Source of the DNA: Synechococcus elongatus PCC 6301
GTDB taxonomy: Bacteria; Cyanobacteriota; Cyanobacteriia; Synechococcales; Synechococcaceae
DNA: 32,000 nt
Reading direction: 5' to 3'
NCBI RefSeq assembly: GCF_000010065.1
Contig: NC_006576.1
Span: forward strand, 30,001-62,000
Within the stretch, counting starts at the first letter, position 1; each line of letters begins with the position of its first letter. Below, piece by piece: positions 9,637 to 19,716 of the stretch. A program made the translations under genes and the position numbers. Under the pieces are notes generated by a model. The model ran no database searches. It worked only from the letters and a program-made list of their open reading frames with translations, and had not been told where the DNA came from.

Positions 9637-11028
9637 ATGACCCCAGACTCCCACAGCTTTGTCTCCTCGCTCCTCGCATCACGGATGCGATTCCGACGCT
9701 TTCTCGAAGCCTCTGAGGGACTTAATCTGGTGCTGCTTTGGGCCGCGATCGCGGGGTTGATGGTCGGGCTGGTGGGTGGCGCTTTTCGTTGGCTGACCTC
9801 GGCTACTCTGAACGGGCGTGTCCGCTGGCTAGCGTCTTTGCCTCAAGGGCCGGAATTAGTTGCCTCAGTCCTGCTGTCTAGCGGGATGGTAGCACTGGGG
9901 TTTTACCTGATGCGCCGCTTCGCTCCCGATACGTCTGGTAGCGGCATTCCCCAAATTGAAGGCTGGCTAGCCGGTTTTTTCTCACTGTTCTGGTGGCGGG
10001 TGTTGCCGGTGAAATTTCTCGCTGGCATTTTGACCCTCGGCAGTGGCATGGTCATGGGTCGCGAAGGCCCGACGATTCAAATGGGCGGTGCGATCGGTCA
10101 GATGGTCTCGGACTGGTTTCGAGCTTCAACCGAGCAAGCGCGGGTGCTGGTGGCAGCGAGTGCTGGGGCTGGTTTAGCAACTGCTTTCAATGCACCCTTA
10201 GCCGGAATCGTCTTCGTTTTTGAAGAAATGCGGCCCACCTTTCAGAATCGCCTGAGAGCTTATCAGGCCGTGACGATCGCCTGCATTACCGCGACGATTG
10301 GTCTCCAGCTCCTACTCGGCAAAGGACCCACGATTGAGCTGGCGCAGTTTGGGGCGCCGCCCCTCTCCTCTCTCTGGGTGTTTGTGCTGCTGGGGCTGGC
10401 TTGTGGAGCGATCGGCTATAGCTTTAACCGGCTGCTGGTCTGGAGTCTCAACTGCTTTGCCACCCTCCATGGACTGCCCCTGCGGCTAACAGGGCTGGGC
10501 GTTGGTGGTTTCATTGGCTTGGTCAGCTGGCTCTATCCTCCCGCAACCAACAGTGGCGAAAATCTGGTGCTTTGGGCGTTTGATACGGTCGAGCCGATCC
10601 ACACATTGCTGTTACTGTGCAGCCTGCGATTTGCCCTGACGCTCCTCTGTTATGGCTCCGGCGCACCGGGCGGGATCTTTGCTCCACTGCTCTCGATCGC
10701 TACTTTGTTTTCTCTAGGATTGGGGCAATTAACGATCGACTGGTTGCCAGGATTATTGCTGCCGCCGGAGGTACTTGCGATCGCGGGGATGGGAGCATTC
10801 GTTGCGGCCACCATTCAGTCACCGCTGACCGCCATTTTGTTAACGACTGAAATTACCAGTAACTATCAACTCATCCTGCCGATCATGGTGAGTTGCTCGG
10901 CAGCAACCCTGATCGCTCATGGACTGGGCAGCCGCCCCATCTATACGGTCTTGCTCGAACGGCAACTGGCTAAGGCAGGGATTGCTGTGCCAACACCGAA
11001 GGCTCAGAATGGGGCGATCGATCTTTAG
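9637..11028 (+). CDS. ClC-family chloride channel or Cl-/H+ antiporter (canonical motifs, no CBS domain)
   Basis: 463 aa. GSGIPQIE, GREGPTIQMGG, GLATAFNAPLAGIVFVFEEMRPTF, GSGAPGGIFAPLL and RPIYTVLL. Confidence 0.95.
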   Translation: MTPDSHSFVSSLLASRMRFRRFLEASEGLNLVLLWAAIAGLMVGLVGGAFRWLTSATLNGRVRWLASLPQGPELVASVLLSSGMVALGFYLMRRFAPDTSGSGIPQIEGWLAGFFSLFWWRVLPVKFLAGILTLGSGMVMGREGPTIQMGGAIGQMVSDWFRASTEQARVLVAASAGAGLATAFNAPLAGIVFVFEEMRPTFQNRLRAYQAVTIACITATIGLQLLLGKGPTIELAQFGAPPLSSLWVFVLLGLACGAIGYSFNRLLVWSLNCFATLHGLPLRLTGLGVGGFIGLVSWLYPPATNSGENLVLWAFDTVEPIHTLLLLCSLRFALTLLCYGSGAPGGIFAPLLSIATLFSLGLGQLTIDWLPGLLLPPEVLAIAGMGAFVAATIQSPLTAILLTTEITSNYQLILPIMVSCSAATLIAHGLGSRPIYTVLLERQLAKAGIAVPTPKAQNGAIDL

Positions 11029-11118
11029 CAAAGTATCTGCAGATTACCCACAGCAGCCATTGTTTTAGCTGAGACTGTCTCAAGGGCGAAACAAGGAGAC
11101 TTAAGTTGTCCTAGAGGT

Positions 11119-11133
11119 AGAGGATTGTCCTCT
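11119..11133. repeat. Perfect 6-bp inverted repeat with 3-nt loop, at the centre of the clc-argS intergenic structure
   Basis: AGAGGA TTG TCCTCT read directly from the sequence. Confidence 0.8.
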
Positions 11134-11163
11134 TCACTAACCGTCCTAACTAGACGAGAGACC

Positions 11164-11183
11164 GCTCTAAATGAGGTTAGAGC
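11164..11183. terminator. Possible transcription terminator hairpin between convergent clc and argS
   Basis: GCTCTAA-ATGAGG-TTAGAGC followed by TTT on the + strand. The stem is A/T rich and the T tract is short. Confidence 0.3.
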
Positions 11184-11229
11184 TTTGATAGCAACAGCCT
11201 CATTCATCTGCCCCGAAAACGATCGCGTC

Positions 11230-12984
11230 TTACATCCGCTCCAGCACCGAGATTCCCAGCAGCGATAGGCCTAGCTTGAGAGTTCGTGCCGTCAAGTCGC
11301 AGAGCAATAGACGGCTGGTGCGCTGGGGTTCTTCCGCGTTGAGAATTGGGCAGCGATCGTAGAACTGGTTGAAGGTTTGGCTCAGTTCAAACAGATAGCT
11401 GCAAAGGCGATTTGGCAGCAGGTCGCGGGCGACTTCATCTAGGACTTCACCTAGTTGCAACACTTGCTTCGCCAGCGATCGCTCAGTGGGTTCCGTCAGC
11501 TCTGCAGCCACGGGATCCAGTTGCGCAAAATCAATGCCACCTTTGCGAGCAATGCCCTGAATCCGCACGTAGGCGTAGAGCAGATAAGGCGCCGTATTGC
11601 CTTGCAGCGCCAGCATCTTGTCAAAGCTAAAGATGTAGTTGCTGTTGCGGTTCTGGCTAAGGTCAGCGTACTTCACCGCGCCAAGACCAACCGCTTGCGC
11701 CACGGCTTCAATAAATTCCGGGGTTTCCGATCGCTCTTCAGCAGCAATGCGGGTCGTCAGATCCGTGCGAGCCCGATCGACCGCTTCATCTAGCAGATCC
11801 CGCAGACGGACCGTGTCACCAGCGCGAGTTTTCAGCTTTTTACCGTCTTCTCCCTGCACTAGCCCAAAAGGGACATGCTCAATCTGCGCAGCCGCTGGCA
11901 ACCAACCCGCTCGTTGCGCCACTTGGAAAACTTGGGCAAAGTGATTGGCCTGCCCCGAATCCGTAACGTAGATAATCCGCTGGGCCTGATCTTGACCCAG
12001 GCGATAACGCAGTGCTGCCAAATCCGTCGTGGCGTAGTTATAGCCACCGTCACTTTTCTGGACAATCAGCGGCAAGGGCTGACCTTCTTTGTTCTGGAAG
12101 CCCTCCAGAAACACGCATTGTGCGCCCTGGTCTTCCACCAGCAGACCCAGTCGCCGCAGGTCTTCAACGATCGCTGGCAGATAGGGATTGTAGAAGCTCT
12201 CACCCCGTTCTTCGAGCTGAATATCGAGGCGATCGTAGATTTTCTGAAATTCGCGCCGCGATTGATCGCAAAGCAACTGCCATGCCTGACGCGCCGTAGC
12301 TTCACCCGACTGCAGATCGACCACGCGCTGCCGAGCCGTCTCTTGGAAGCTCGGGTCTTCGTCAAAGCGCGCCTTGGCCTGTTTGTAGAACGCTACCAAG
12401 TCACTGATATCCAGTGCATCTGGCTGACTGAGGGCCTGCGGATATTGCTCCTGCAGGAAGGCAATCAACATGCCAAACTGGGTGCCCCAATCGCCGACGT
12501 GGTTGAGCCGCAGCACCTCATGGCCTTGGAACTCCAGCACCCGCGCAATACTGTCACCAATAATCGTCGATCGCAGGTGACCAACATGCATTTCCTTGGC
12601 AATGTTGGGGCTAGAAAAGTCGACGATCACGCGCTGCGGTGGGCTGACCGGTTGAATCCCTAGCCGTTCATCCGTCTGCAGTTGTTGCAGTTGCGCAACT
12701 AAATAGGACGGCTGCAGCGTGAAGTTGATGAAGCCCGGCCCCGCGATCGCAGGCGGTTCACAGAGATCGGCCAGATTAAGATTTTGAACAAGGGTTTCTG
12801 CGATCGCCCGAGGTGGTTGGCCAAGTTGCTTCGCCAAAGACATTGCCACATTCGACTGATAGTCGCCGAACTTAGGATTGGTGGCGGGCACAAGCAGAGG
12901 ATCCGTCGCTGCCCACTCGGGACCAAAGCTCGCGGCCAATGCCGCTTGAAAGCGATCGCGAAGTTGCGCGAGAGGGGCAGCCAT
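11230..12984 (-). CDS. argS: Arginyl-tRNA synthetase
   Basis: HIGH-like motif [24 protein letters not shown], and class I aaRS C-terminal anticodon-binding region ending [10 protein letters not shown]. The track start at 13002 adds MLKILV; Met at 12984 ([12 protein letters not shown]) is an alternative. Confidence 0.97.
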   Translation of the reverse strand: MAAPLAQLRDRFQAALAASFGPEWAATDPLLVPATNPKFGDYQSNVAMSLAKQLGQPPRAIAETLVQNLNLADLCEPPAIAGPGFINFTLQPSYLVAQLQQLQTDERLGIQPVSPPQRVIVDFSSPNIAKEMHVGHLRSTIIGDSIARVLEFQGHEVLRLNHVGDWGTQFGMLIAFLQEQYPQALSQPDALDISDLVAFYKQAKARFDEDPSFQETARQRVVDLQSGEATARQAWQLLCDQSRREFQKIYDRLDIQLEERGESFYNPYLPAIVEDLRRLGLLVEDQGAQCVFLEGFQNKEGQPLPLIVQKSDGGYNYATTDLAALRYRLGQDQAQRIIYVTDSGQANHFAQVFQVAQRAGWLPAAAQIEHVPFGLVQGEDGKKLKTRAGDTVRLRDLLDEAVDRARTDLTTRIAAEERSETPEFIEAVAQAVGLGAVKYADLSQNRNSNYIFSFDKMLALQGNTAPYLLYAYVRIQGIARKGGIDFAQLDPVAAELTEPTERSLAKQVLQLGEVLDEVARDLLPNRLCSYLFELSQTFNQFYDRCPILNAEEPQRTSRLLLCDLTARTLKLGLSLLGISVLERM

Positions 12985-13140
12985 TACCAAAATCTTGAGC
13001 ATGCTTGGGACAATCTCCCCATCATCTCACCGTTCAGCAGCCGTCAGCCCGCAGGCAGTCTCAGCAGTCGAGGCTTGAGCAGAGACAGGGTCTTGAGTGA
13101 GCACGATGATTCTGGACTGCAGGCAAGATCTAGGCGAGGC

Positions 13141-13980
13141 CTAACCCTCGACCGAGACTTCTTCTTCAGGGCGATCGCTGCAGAGGAATTTCACCAGAAC
13201 AGTTCCAAACAAATAGAGCGCTGTTACGGCGCCGGCCAGCAAGCTTTGGGTCAGTGGATCGGTCGAAGGCGTTAGCACGGCGCCCAGAACGACAGCAGCC
13301 AGCAGTACATAGCGCCAGCCCGCCAGCATACGCCGGGCATCCACAATTCCCAGTGCACCTAAAATGAGCTGCACCACGGGAACCTGAAACGCCAGGCCCG
13401 TGCTGAACAACAGCAACAGCACAAACTCGAAGTAGCGCTCGATCGACCAAATTTGCTCGACGACATCCGCGCCGTAACTGGCAAAAAAGTTGAGTGCTGC
13501 TGGAATCAATAGCCAGTAAGCAAAGCCCAAACCCGCCCAAAACAGCACCGAGGAGCCTAAGACCACGGGTGTGAGGATGCGTCGTTCACGTCGGGTGAGC
13601 CCGGGCAAAACAAAGCGGATGACGTGGTAGAGGATGATTGGGCTGGCCAACAAGAGGCCGCTGTAGCCTGCGACTTTGATCGAAACAAAGAAGAACTCGC
13701 CAGGTGAAAGCTGCAGGAAGCGAATCCCTTGGGCGGGGCGCTCCAAAAATGCCACCAGCGGACGCACGCCGACGAAGCAGGCGATCGCACTCACCGCCAC
13801 CGCTGCCACACTGTAAAACAGACGCTGCCGCAGTTCTTCGAGGTGATCGAACAACGACATTTCCACATCGTCTTCGGGCAATGCCTCTGCCTCAGGTTCC
13901 GGTTCTGAGGCCGGAGTCTCCGAAGGACGATAGAGGGTCGGCGCTGCCGTAGTTTCCAGATCGGAGGAGGGTGGCGTCAT
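13141..13980 (-). CDS. tatC: Sec-independent protein translocase TatC, with a Pro/Glu-rich N-terminal extension
   Basis: [74 protein letters not shown] and [21 protein letters not shown]. Confidence 0.95.
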   Translation of the reverse strand: MTPPSSDLETTAAPTLYRPSETPASEPEPEAEALPEDDVEMSLFDHLEELRQRLFYSVAAVAVSAIACFVGVRPLVAFLERPAQGIRFLQLSPGEFFFVSIKVAGYSGLLLASPIILYHVIRFVLPGLTRRERRILTPVVLGSSVLFWAGLGFAYWLLIPAALNFFASYGADVVEQIWSIERYFEFVLLLLFSTGLAFQVPVVQLILGALGIVDARRMLAGWRYVLLAAVVLGAVLTPSTDPLTQSLLAGAVTALYLFGTVLVKFLCSDRPEEEVSVEG

Positions 13981-14375
13981 GATTCACCAGCGCAGCAGTC
14001 TTTCCCATTGTGGAGTACCTCGCGGCAATGCGAGAGTCCCCGGCTCGACTCAGCAGTGCTTGGCAGTAGTTGGGCGATCGCGCCAAGCAGTCTGAGAGAA
14101 AGGTTAGCGTCTCGAATTATGAGGGATAACTCTGACCGCCTCGATTGGTTCGCCTTCACTTGACCAAGGTCTCGAAGATTTGATTGCCGCTCCCGGTATC
14201 AATAAGTGGCATTAGATCTTTGTAGAGGCTCTCAGCTTCGAGCAGTGGCAGCGGCAACGGATTAAAGGGGTTAACTCTCCAGAAGCTCCCTGCAAGGAGA
14301 ATCAAAAGCAGACTTGCTATCTGGGGGCATGGTATCAGCACTCAGATATAGAGAGTCTCAGATTCTCAAAAAATC

Positions 14376-14927
14376 ATGGCAAAACTCACTTCTATCTCCC
14401 ACCCACTCAGAGTTGATTTTCTTCCTCCTAGTAGTCACGGTCTTGCGGGTCAGTTGGGGATGACCCTCGCTCCAGGACGTAAAAGTCAGGGTCTCATCGG
14501 TCAGTGGGATCGTGATTTGATCACGGATCTCGAACGTCTCAAGCATCACTATCTCTGCGATCGCCTCGTTTCCCTCATTGAAGACCACGAACTTGTAGCG
14601 ATAGGAATTCCTACACTCTACGAAGCAGTCCGGCAGCAGGGGATTGCGCTCTCACGTCTAGCCATTGTCGATGGCGGAACACCGACTGACTTAGAGACTT
14701 ATCAATTACTCATTACAGATTTAATTCAAGCGCTATCTGCGAGGGAAACGATTGTCATTCACTGTCATGCAGGTCTGGGGCGTACGGGTATGTTGGCTGC
14801 ATCTATTCTAGTCACCAAAGGACAACCCCCTGAAGCCGCGATCGCAGCCGTACGAGCACTTCGTCCACGAGCGATCGAAACTCATGCTCAAGAACAAATC
14901 ATTTACAAAATTGCAGCGAAAATCTAG
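14376..14927 (+). CDS. Dual-specificity / CDKN3-like protein phosphatase
   Basis: 183 aa. Cys-phosphatase loop VIHCHAGLGRTGMLAASIL (HCX5R), with upstream LIEDHELVAIGIPTL...RLAIVDGGTPTD and C-terminal IRALRPRAIET-type helix (AVRALRPRAIETHAQEQ). Confidence 0.85.
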   Translation: MAKLTSISHPLRVDFLPPSSHGLAGQLGMTLAPGRKSQGLIGQWDRDLITDLERLKHHYLCDRLVSLIEDHELVAIGIPTLYEAVRQQGIALSRLAIVDGGTPTDLETYQLLITDLIQALSARETIVIHCHAGLGRTGMLAASILVTKGQPPEAAIAAVRALRPRAIETHAQEQIIYKIAAKI

Positions 14928-14980
14928 CCCTGATGAACTATAAAGCCTGGAATGCTCACTCGCTGAATGATCAATTGCTG

Positions 14981-15472
14981 TTAGCGATCGAAGACAGCCA
15001 CATCAAAATCGTCGATCTTCCAGCCTTTACCCTCGCGGAGGAACGTCACCGTTAGATCTTGGCTCTGACCATTGCGGAGGGAGAGAGTGACCGGCAGGAC
15101 AACGCGATCGCCCTGCAGATCGGGCTTGCCTGGCCGCGATCGCAGATACTGCCGCAGGCCAGTTCGCTGCAGCACTCGCTTGAATTCCTTGAACGGCACA
15201 CGACCTTTATAGGCAGGTGTCAGGCTGGCGTAAGCCGCTTCGAGGCGACCTTGACCGATCATCGCCACAAATTCGCCTAGCGCCTCAGTCAGGCCGCGGC
15301 TCCCAAGAACAATGCGAATCGCTTGAAAGCTCCAAATACCTATCAGCGTCCCAAGAACGATGATGAGCGTGAGCGCGGGATCCGGAAGGAGCTGCAAGAA
15401 TTCCATGGACAGTTGCTGGGCACTGACTCCATTCTCTGTCACAACGGCTGGGGGGTAAAACGCCGAAGCCAA
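14981..15472 (-). CDS. Conserved hypothetical single-TM protein with a soluble C-terminal domain
   Basis: 163 aa ORF. Hydrophobic segment LTLIIVLGTLIGIWSFQAIRIVLG followed by a compact C-terminal domain (LEAAYASLTPAYKGRVPFKEFKRVL...GWKIDDFDVAVFDR). Confidence 0.75.
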   Translation of the reverse strand: MASAFYPPAVVTENGVSAQQLSMEFLQLLPDPALTLIIVLGTLIGIWSFQAIRIVLGSRGLTEALGEFVAMIGQGRLEAAYASLTPAYKGRVPFKEFKRVLQRTGLRQYLRSRPGKPDLQGDRVVLPVTLSLRNGQSQDLTVTFLREGKGWKIDDFDVAVFDR

Positions 15473-15861
15473 GCGACAACCTAGCCATCGTGTGGCTCCG
15501 GACGCTGCTTGGGTCGCATGGCATAAGTCACAGTCTCGAAAGCAACTGGATTAAATGCTCGTCGTTCTTGACTGAAAATCAATCAGCCCTAGCCCTAATC
15601 AAATGGCGATCGCTCATCGCTAGCGATCTGAATAATTCACCTGGGTTAAGAATTAATTACTTGGGCCAGCAAAGAGAGTGATTCAATCTAGATTTTTTAT
15701 TCTCACGGGGATTTGCAAAATTGGTGGTAGATATCTTGTTTAGCTCACGCCGCACAAGAACACGAATGTCGGGTCAGTGGTGCTAGGTGTCTTGATCCTT
15801 GGCTTGGATTGAGTGGTCCCAATCCTGTTACCGACTCACTTTGGTTGAGCCTTCACCACCT

Positions 15862-16050
15862 ATGGCGCTATCTTTGCTGCATTATCGATTGCTTGGAATT
15901 GGCTTATGGATCGCATTAATCCTGACAAGTTTGATCTGCTGGGGGTCCGGATTGTTTTGTGAGGTGTTTTGGTCATTATGTATGCCCCTAGAGGCTGGCG
16001 ATCGCGCCTCAATACTCGGCATAATTGAGTTCAGACTTAATCTGGCTTAA
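15862..16050 (+). CDS. Possible small membrane protein (62 aa)
   Basis: Within the 15799..16050 ORF, the Met at 15862 starts [46 protein letters not shown]..., with one strong hydrophobic helix. No family recognised. Confidence 0.3.
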   Translation: MALSLLHYRLLGIGLWIALILTSLICWGSGLFCEVFWSLCMPLEAGDRASILGIIEFRLNLA

Positions 16051-16111
16051 ATCTCAATCAGCTGCCGACTGACAGTCATTCATCGTTGCTTCCCCTGCAC
16101 TCCTCTTTCAC

Positions 16112-17791
16112 ATGCTGAACTTTGCTTGCGATCGCTTCTATCGCTATGACGAGCTGACTCAACTCCTGCAGGATTGTGCAGCTGCCTACCCTCAATTGCT
16201 GAAGTTGGAGTCTTTAGGCAAAAGCCATGAAGGACGAGAGCTTTGGCTGCTGCGAATCACGGACTACAGCAAAGGCGATGATACGGAGAAACCAGCCCTC
16301 TGGATTGATGGCAATATTCACGCCACCGAGCTAGCAGCTTCTAGTGCATGTCTGCACTTTTTGCAGGTGTTGTTGCGAGGATTTGAGCAAGGTAATCCGG
16401 TCGTTCAACGCTGTCTACAACGCTGCACCATTTATTTATGTCCGCGCCAAAATCCTGATGGTGCTGAGTTAGCCCTCGCCGATCAGCCTCAGTTTCTGCG
16501 ATCGAGTACGAGACCCTATCCCTTGCGCGATCGCGATTCTAGTGGCTTGCAAGAAGCCGATATTGATGGTGATGGCCGCATTCTGTTGATGCGCATTCCC
16601 GATCCGCATGGGGCTTGGAAAGTCCATCCGCAGGAACCACGCCTATTGGTTCGTCGCGATCCAGTTGAGACTGGAGGTCAGTACTATCGAGTGCTGCCAG
16701 AAGGATTGATTCAAGACTACGACGGCGATTTAATTCCCTTGCAACCCCGTCAGCAGGGCTTAGATCTCAATCGCAATTACCCGATCGATTGGCGACCGGA
16801 GCATGAGCAACTGGGAGCAGGACCTTTCCCCGCTTCGGAACCAGAAGTACAAGCTGTCGTCAAATTTTTGAGCGATCGCACCAATCTATTCGCAGCGATT
16901 TCTTTCCATACATTTAGTGGTGTATTACTGCGTCCCTACAGTCATAAACCAGATGATACTTTCCCGGTTGCAGATCTGCGGGCTTATGAAGTGATTGGCA
17001 AAGCGGGTGAAGAACAAACCGGCTATCCGGCGATCGGGGTTTATGATAACTTCCGCTATCATCCCAAGGAGATTACGACTGGCGTTTTTGATGACTGGGC
17101 CTACGATCATCTAGGGCTATTTGCTTGGACAGTCGAGATTTGGAGCCCGCAGAAGGCCGCTGGTATCGAAAAATACGACTGGATTGATTGGTTCCGTGAG
17201 CATCCAGTTGAAGACGACTTAAAGTTCCTAGAGTGGAACGATCGCGAGTTAGAAGGCAAAGGCTTTATTGACTGGTATCCCTTTGAGCATCCGCAGTTAG
17301 GACCGCTGGAACTCGGCGGTTGGGATGACTTGCACACTTGGCGCAATCCGCCCCAAAAGTTTCTGCAAGCCGAACTCGATCGCTTTCCGCAATGGTTGCT
17401 CTGGCAGCTCCAAATTGCGCCGCAGCTCGAAGTGATTAGGGCTGAAGTTCAAGCCTTGGGTGATCGCCTCTATAAAGTCAAGTTCGTGTTACAAAATAGT
17501 GGTTGGTTGCCAACTTACATCAGTCAAAAGGCTCTGGAGCGGCATTTAGTTGATCCGCTCGTTGCAGAACTCCAGCTTCCCGAGGGTATCGAACTCTGCC
17601 AAGGTAAAGCACGGCAAGAGCTAGGGCAATTGGAAGGGCGATCGCAAAAAGGCGTGATGCCCGAGGCCGATCCCACCAGCGATCGCGCTAAAGCAGAGTG
17701 GATTATTCGGGGCGATCGCGGTCAAGTGATCACGATCGAAGCTCGTCACCCGCGCGCAGGTAAATTGCAGCAACAACTGACCTTGAACTGA
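16112..17791 (+). CDS. M14-family zinc carboxypeptidase-like protein
   Basis: 559 aa. LWIDGNIHATELAASSACLHFL (HxxE zinc site), YLCPRQNPDGAE, DLNRNYPIDW, ISFHTFSGVLLRPY and FAWTVEIWSPQ. Confidence 0.92.
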   Translation: MLNFACDRFYRYDELTQLLQDCAAAYPQLLKLESLGKSHEGRELWLLRITDYSKGDDTEKPALWIDGNIHATELAASSACLHFLQVLLRGFEQGNPVVQRCLQRCTIYLCPRQNPDGAELALADQPQFLRSSTRPYPLRDRDSSGLQEADIDGDGRILLMRIPDPHGAWKVHPQEPRLLVRRDPVETGGQYYRVLPEGLIQDYDGDLIPLQPRQQGLDLNRNYPIDWRPEHEQLGAGPFPASEPEVQAVVKFLSDRTNLFAAISFHTFSGVLLRPYSHKPDDTFPVADLRAYEVIGKAGEEQTGYPAIGVYDNFRYHPKEITTGVFDDWAYDHLGLFAWTVEIWSPQKAAGIEKYDWIDWFREHPVEDDLKFLEWNDRELEGKGFIDWYPFEHPQLGPLELGGWDDLHTWRNPPQKFLQAELDRFPQWLLWQLQIAPQLEVIRAEVQALGDRLYKVKFVLQNSGWLPTYISQKALERHLVDPLVAELQLPEGIELCQGKARQELGQLEGRSQKGVMPEADPTSDRAKAEWIIRGDRGQVITIEARHPRAGKLQQQLTLN

Positions 17792-17792
17792 C

Positions 17793-19181
17793 CTATTTGC
17801 CGATACAAAAGCGGCTAAAGATCAGATCCAACATCGACTCGGCGATCCCTTCGCCGGTGATTGAACCAAGCGCAGCAATCGCTTCTCGCAAATCAATCGT
17901 CCAAAAGTCGAGAGGAAGTTGCGCTTGCAAGGTTTCTTCGACACGTCGCAGGGCAGTTTGAGCAGTTGTCAAGGCGGCAACTTGCCGTTGATTCAAGGCC
18001 CAATCCCAATTGGCACTGGTTAAGTCGCCAGTTCCGACTGCTGCCAGAATGGCGGCTTCTAAATCCTCAATCCCTTTTTGTTGTGCAGCGGCTGTCCAAA
18101 CGATCGCCTTAAACTCCTGCTGCGGCAGAGCGATCGCGTGGCGTTCTGCTTCTGACAGGCGATCGCGTTTGTTGATGACTAATAGGATAGGGCGATCGCT
18201 CACTGCTTCCCAAATGGTTTGATCCTCAGCGCTCCAACCGGCACTGGCATCGATCGTCAGCAGCACGAGGTCGGCTGACTGAGCGGCTCGGCGCGATCGC
18301 TCAACCCCAATTTGCTCCACCTGATCGCTGGTTTCGCGGATACCAGCCGTATCTAGGACTTGCACGGGAATACCGCCGACGATCAGCTGCGATTCCACCA
18401 AATCGCGAGTCCTACCGGGTAGGTCAGTGACAATGGCGCGATCGCAGCGACTCCAAGCATTGAGCAGGCTGGATTTACCGACATTGGGTCGCCCCACGAT
18501 CGCAATCTTCAGGCCCGTACGCAACAGTTCCCCGCGATCGGCAGTTGATAAAATCGCTTGCATGTCCGCACCCGCAGCCGTTAATTGAGCGGCGATCGCC
18601 TCCAAATCCAACGGCGGTAGATCGTCTTCAAAATCGATGCGGGCTTCGACTTCCGCCAAAATGTCCAGACAGCGATCGCGGAGCTGGCGAATCGGGTGCC
18701 CTAACTTGCCCTGTAAGCTCCCTAGTGCAGCCTGTGCTGCTTGAGGCGATTGGGCACTAATCAAATCGGCAATACTCTCGGCCTGACTAAGATCCAAGCG
18801 GCCATTCAAAAAGGCCCGCAGCGTAAACTCTCCCGGTTCTGCCAGCCTTGCGCCAGCCCGAATGCAGAGTTGCAGCGTTTGCTGAACTGGCATCAAACCG
18901 CCGTGGCAGTGCAACTCGACCACGTCTTCCCGCGTATAGGAGCGGGGTGCCAACATTGGCAATAACAGCGCCTCATCAACCAGTCTCCCCGACTCTGGAT
19001 CGCGAATATAACCGTAGAGAATGCGGTGGCTTTCCCAAGGTTGTTGCCCGGCAATCTGAAAAATCTGGCGAGCGATCTCAGTTGCTGCCGCCCCCGACAG
19101 TCGCACGATGCCAACACTGCCCTGTTGAGGAACAATGGCAGTGGCGATCGCAGCAATGGTGTCGCCTGAAAAACCGACCAT
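17793..19181 (-). CDS. mnmE: tRNA uridine-5-carboxymethylaminomethyl modification GTPase
   Basis: GTPase G1 [33 protein letters not shown], and C-terminal FCIGK. The track start at 19241 adds an unlikely 20 aa; Met at 19181 gives [30 protein letters not shown], typical of the MnmE N-terminus. Confidence 0.97.
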   Translation of the reverse strand: MVGFSGDTIAAIATAIVPQQGSVGIVRLSGAAATEIARQIFQIAGQQPWESHRILYGYIRDPESGRLVDEALLLPMLAPRSYTREDVVELHCHGGLMPVQQTLQLCIRAGARLAEPGEFTLRAFLNGRLDLSQAESIADLISAQSPQAAQAALGSLQGKLGHPIRQLRDRCLDILAEVEARIDFEDDLPPLDLEAIAAQLTAAGADMQAILSTADRGELLRTGLKIAIVGRPNVGKSSLLNAWSRCDRAIVTDLPGRTRDLVESQLIVGGIPVQVLDTAGIRETSDQVEQIGVERSRRAAQSADLVLLTIDASAGWSAEDQTIWEAVSDRPILLVINKRDRLSEAERHAIALPQQEFKAIVWTAAAQQKGIEDLEAAILAAVGTGDLTSANWDWALNQRQVAALTTAQTALRRVEETLQAQLPLDFWTIDLREAIAALGSITGEGIAESMLDLIFSRFCIGK

Positions 19182-19716
19182 GCGAGCTGAACAAGGAGCA
19201 ACGGTTCCGGTGTTATTATCCGCCCGCCAGCGTCGATACACTTGGCCGCAACGTTGGCAACGCCGCTGTCGCTATTGGTATTACCGCGCGTTGCGCCTTG
19301 AAACCTGCCCGAAAGCACTGGCACGGGGGATTGGTCTGGGTGTGTTTGCCGGCTGCTTCCCGCTATTTGGTCTGCAGATTTTGATTGGGGTCAGCCTCGC
19401 TACGATTCTGAGAGGCAACAAGGTTCTAGCGGCGGCTGCAACCTGGATCAGCAATCCCTTCACCTATCTGCCGTTGTTCAGCTTCAATTTCCAGTTGGGG
19501 CGGCTGTTTGTGCCCACCGACAACCGCCTGCTGACTCTGGAAAAGCTTAGCTCTTGGCAAACGCTGCAGGACTTAGGAAGCGACTTCCTCCATGCCTTGA
19601 TGTTGGGTAGCCTTCTGGTGGCGATCGCCCTTGGCTTTGCTGCCTACTGGATTAGTTTGCATTTGGCACAACGGCACCATCAGCAGCGCCGTCACCGTCG
19701 TGCCGCCAACGATTGA
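19180..19716 (+). CDS. DUF2062 family membrane protein
   Basis: [68 protein letters not shown] is characteristic of DUF2062. The start at 19180 ([11 protein letters not shown]...) is chosen over the track start at 19135, but the exact start is uncertain. Confidence 0.85.
   Translation: MRAEQGATVPVLLSARQRRYTWPQRWQRRCRYWYYRALRLETCPKALARGIGLGVFAGCFPLFGLQILIGVSLATILRGNKVLAAAATWISNPFTYLPLFSFNFQLGRLFVPTDNRLLTLEKLSSWQTLQDLGSDFLHALMLGSLLVAIALGFAAYWISLHLAQRHHQQRRHRRAAND

Larger units (their letters stand above)
11030..11215. ncRNA. Candidate structured RNA or complex terminator region between convergent clc and argS (strand undetermined)
   Basis: Self-complementary segments are nested: GCAGAT (11039-11044) with ATCTGC (11206-11211), around an apical hairpin AGAGGA-TTG-TCCTCT (11119-11133). 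Further inverted repeats are GCTCTAA/TTAGAGC (11164-11170/11177-11183) and AATGAGG/CCTCATT (11170-11176/11198-11204). Confidence 0.35.

Noticed and set aside
11025-11207. 60-aa ORF on - strand between clc and argS
   Set aside because: No domain and no convincing ribosome-binding site; coincides with the self-complementary segment, so an RNA explanation is preferred, though not proven.
11875-12663. 262-aa ORF on + strand antisense to argS
   Set aside because: Shadow ORF of a well-supported argS; no recognisable domain. The other long ORFs inside argS (12784..13275 and 11455..11793) are treated the same way.
14156-14341. 61-aa Leu-rich ORF on - strand between tatC and the phosphatase gene
   Set aside because: Short, no homology recognised and no strong RBS; kept as unsupported rather than called.
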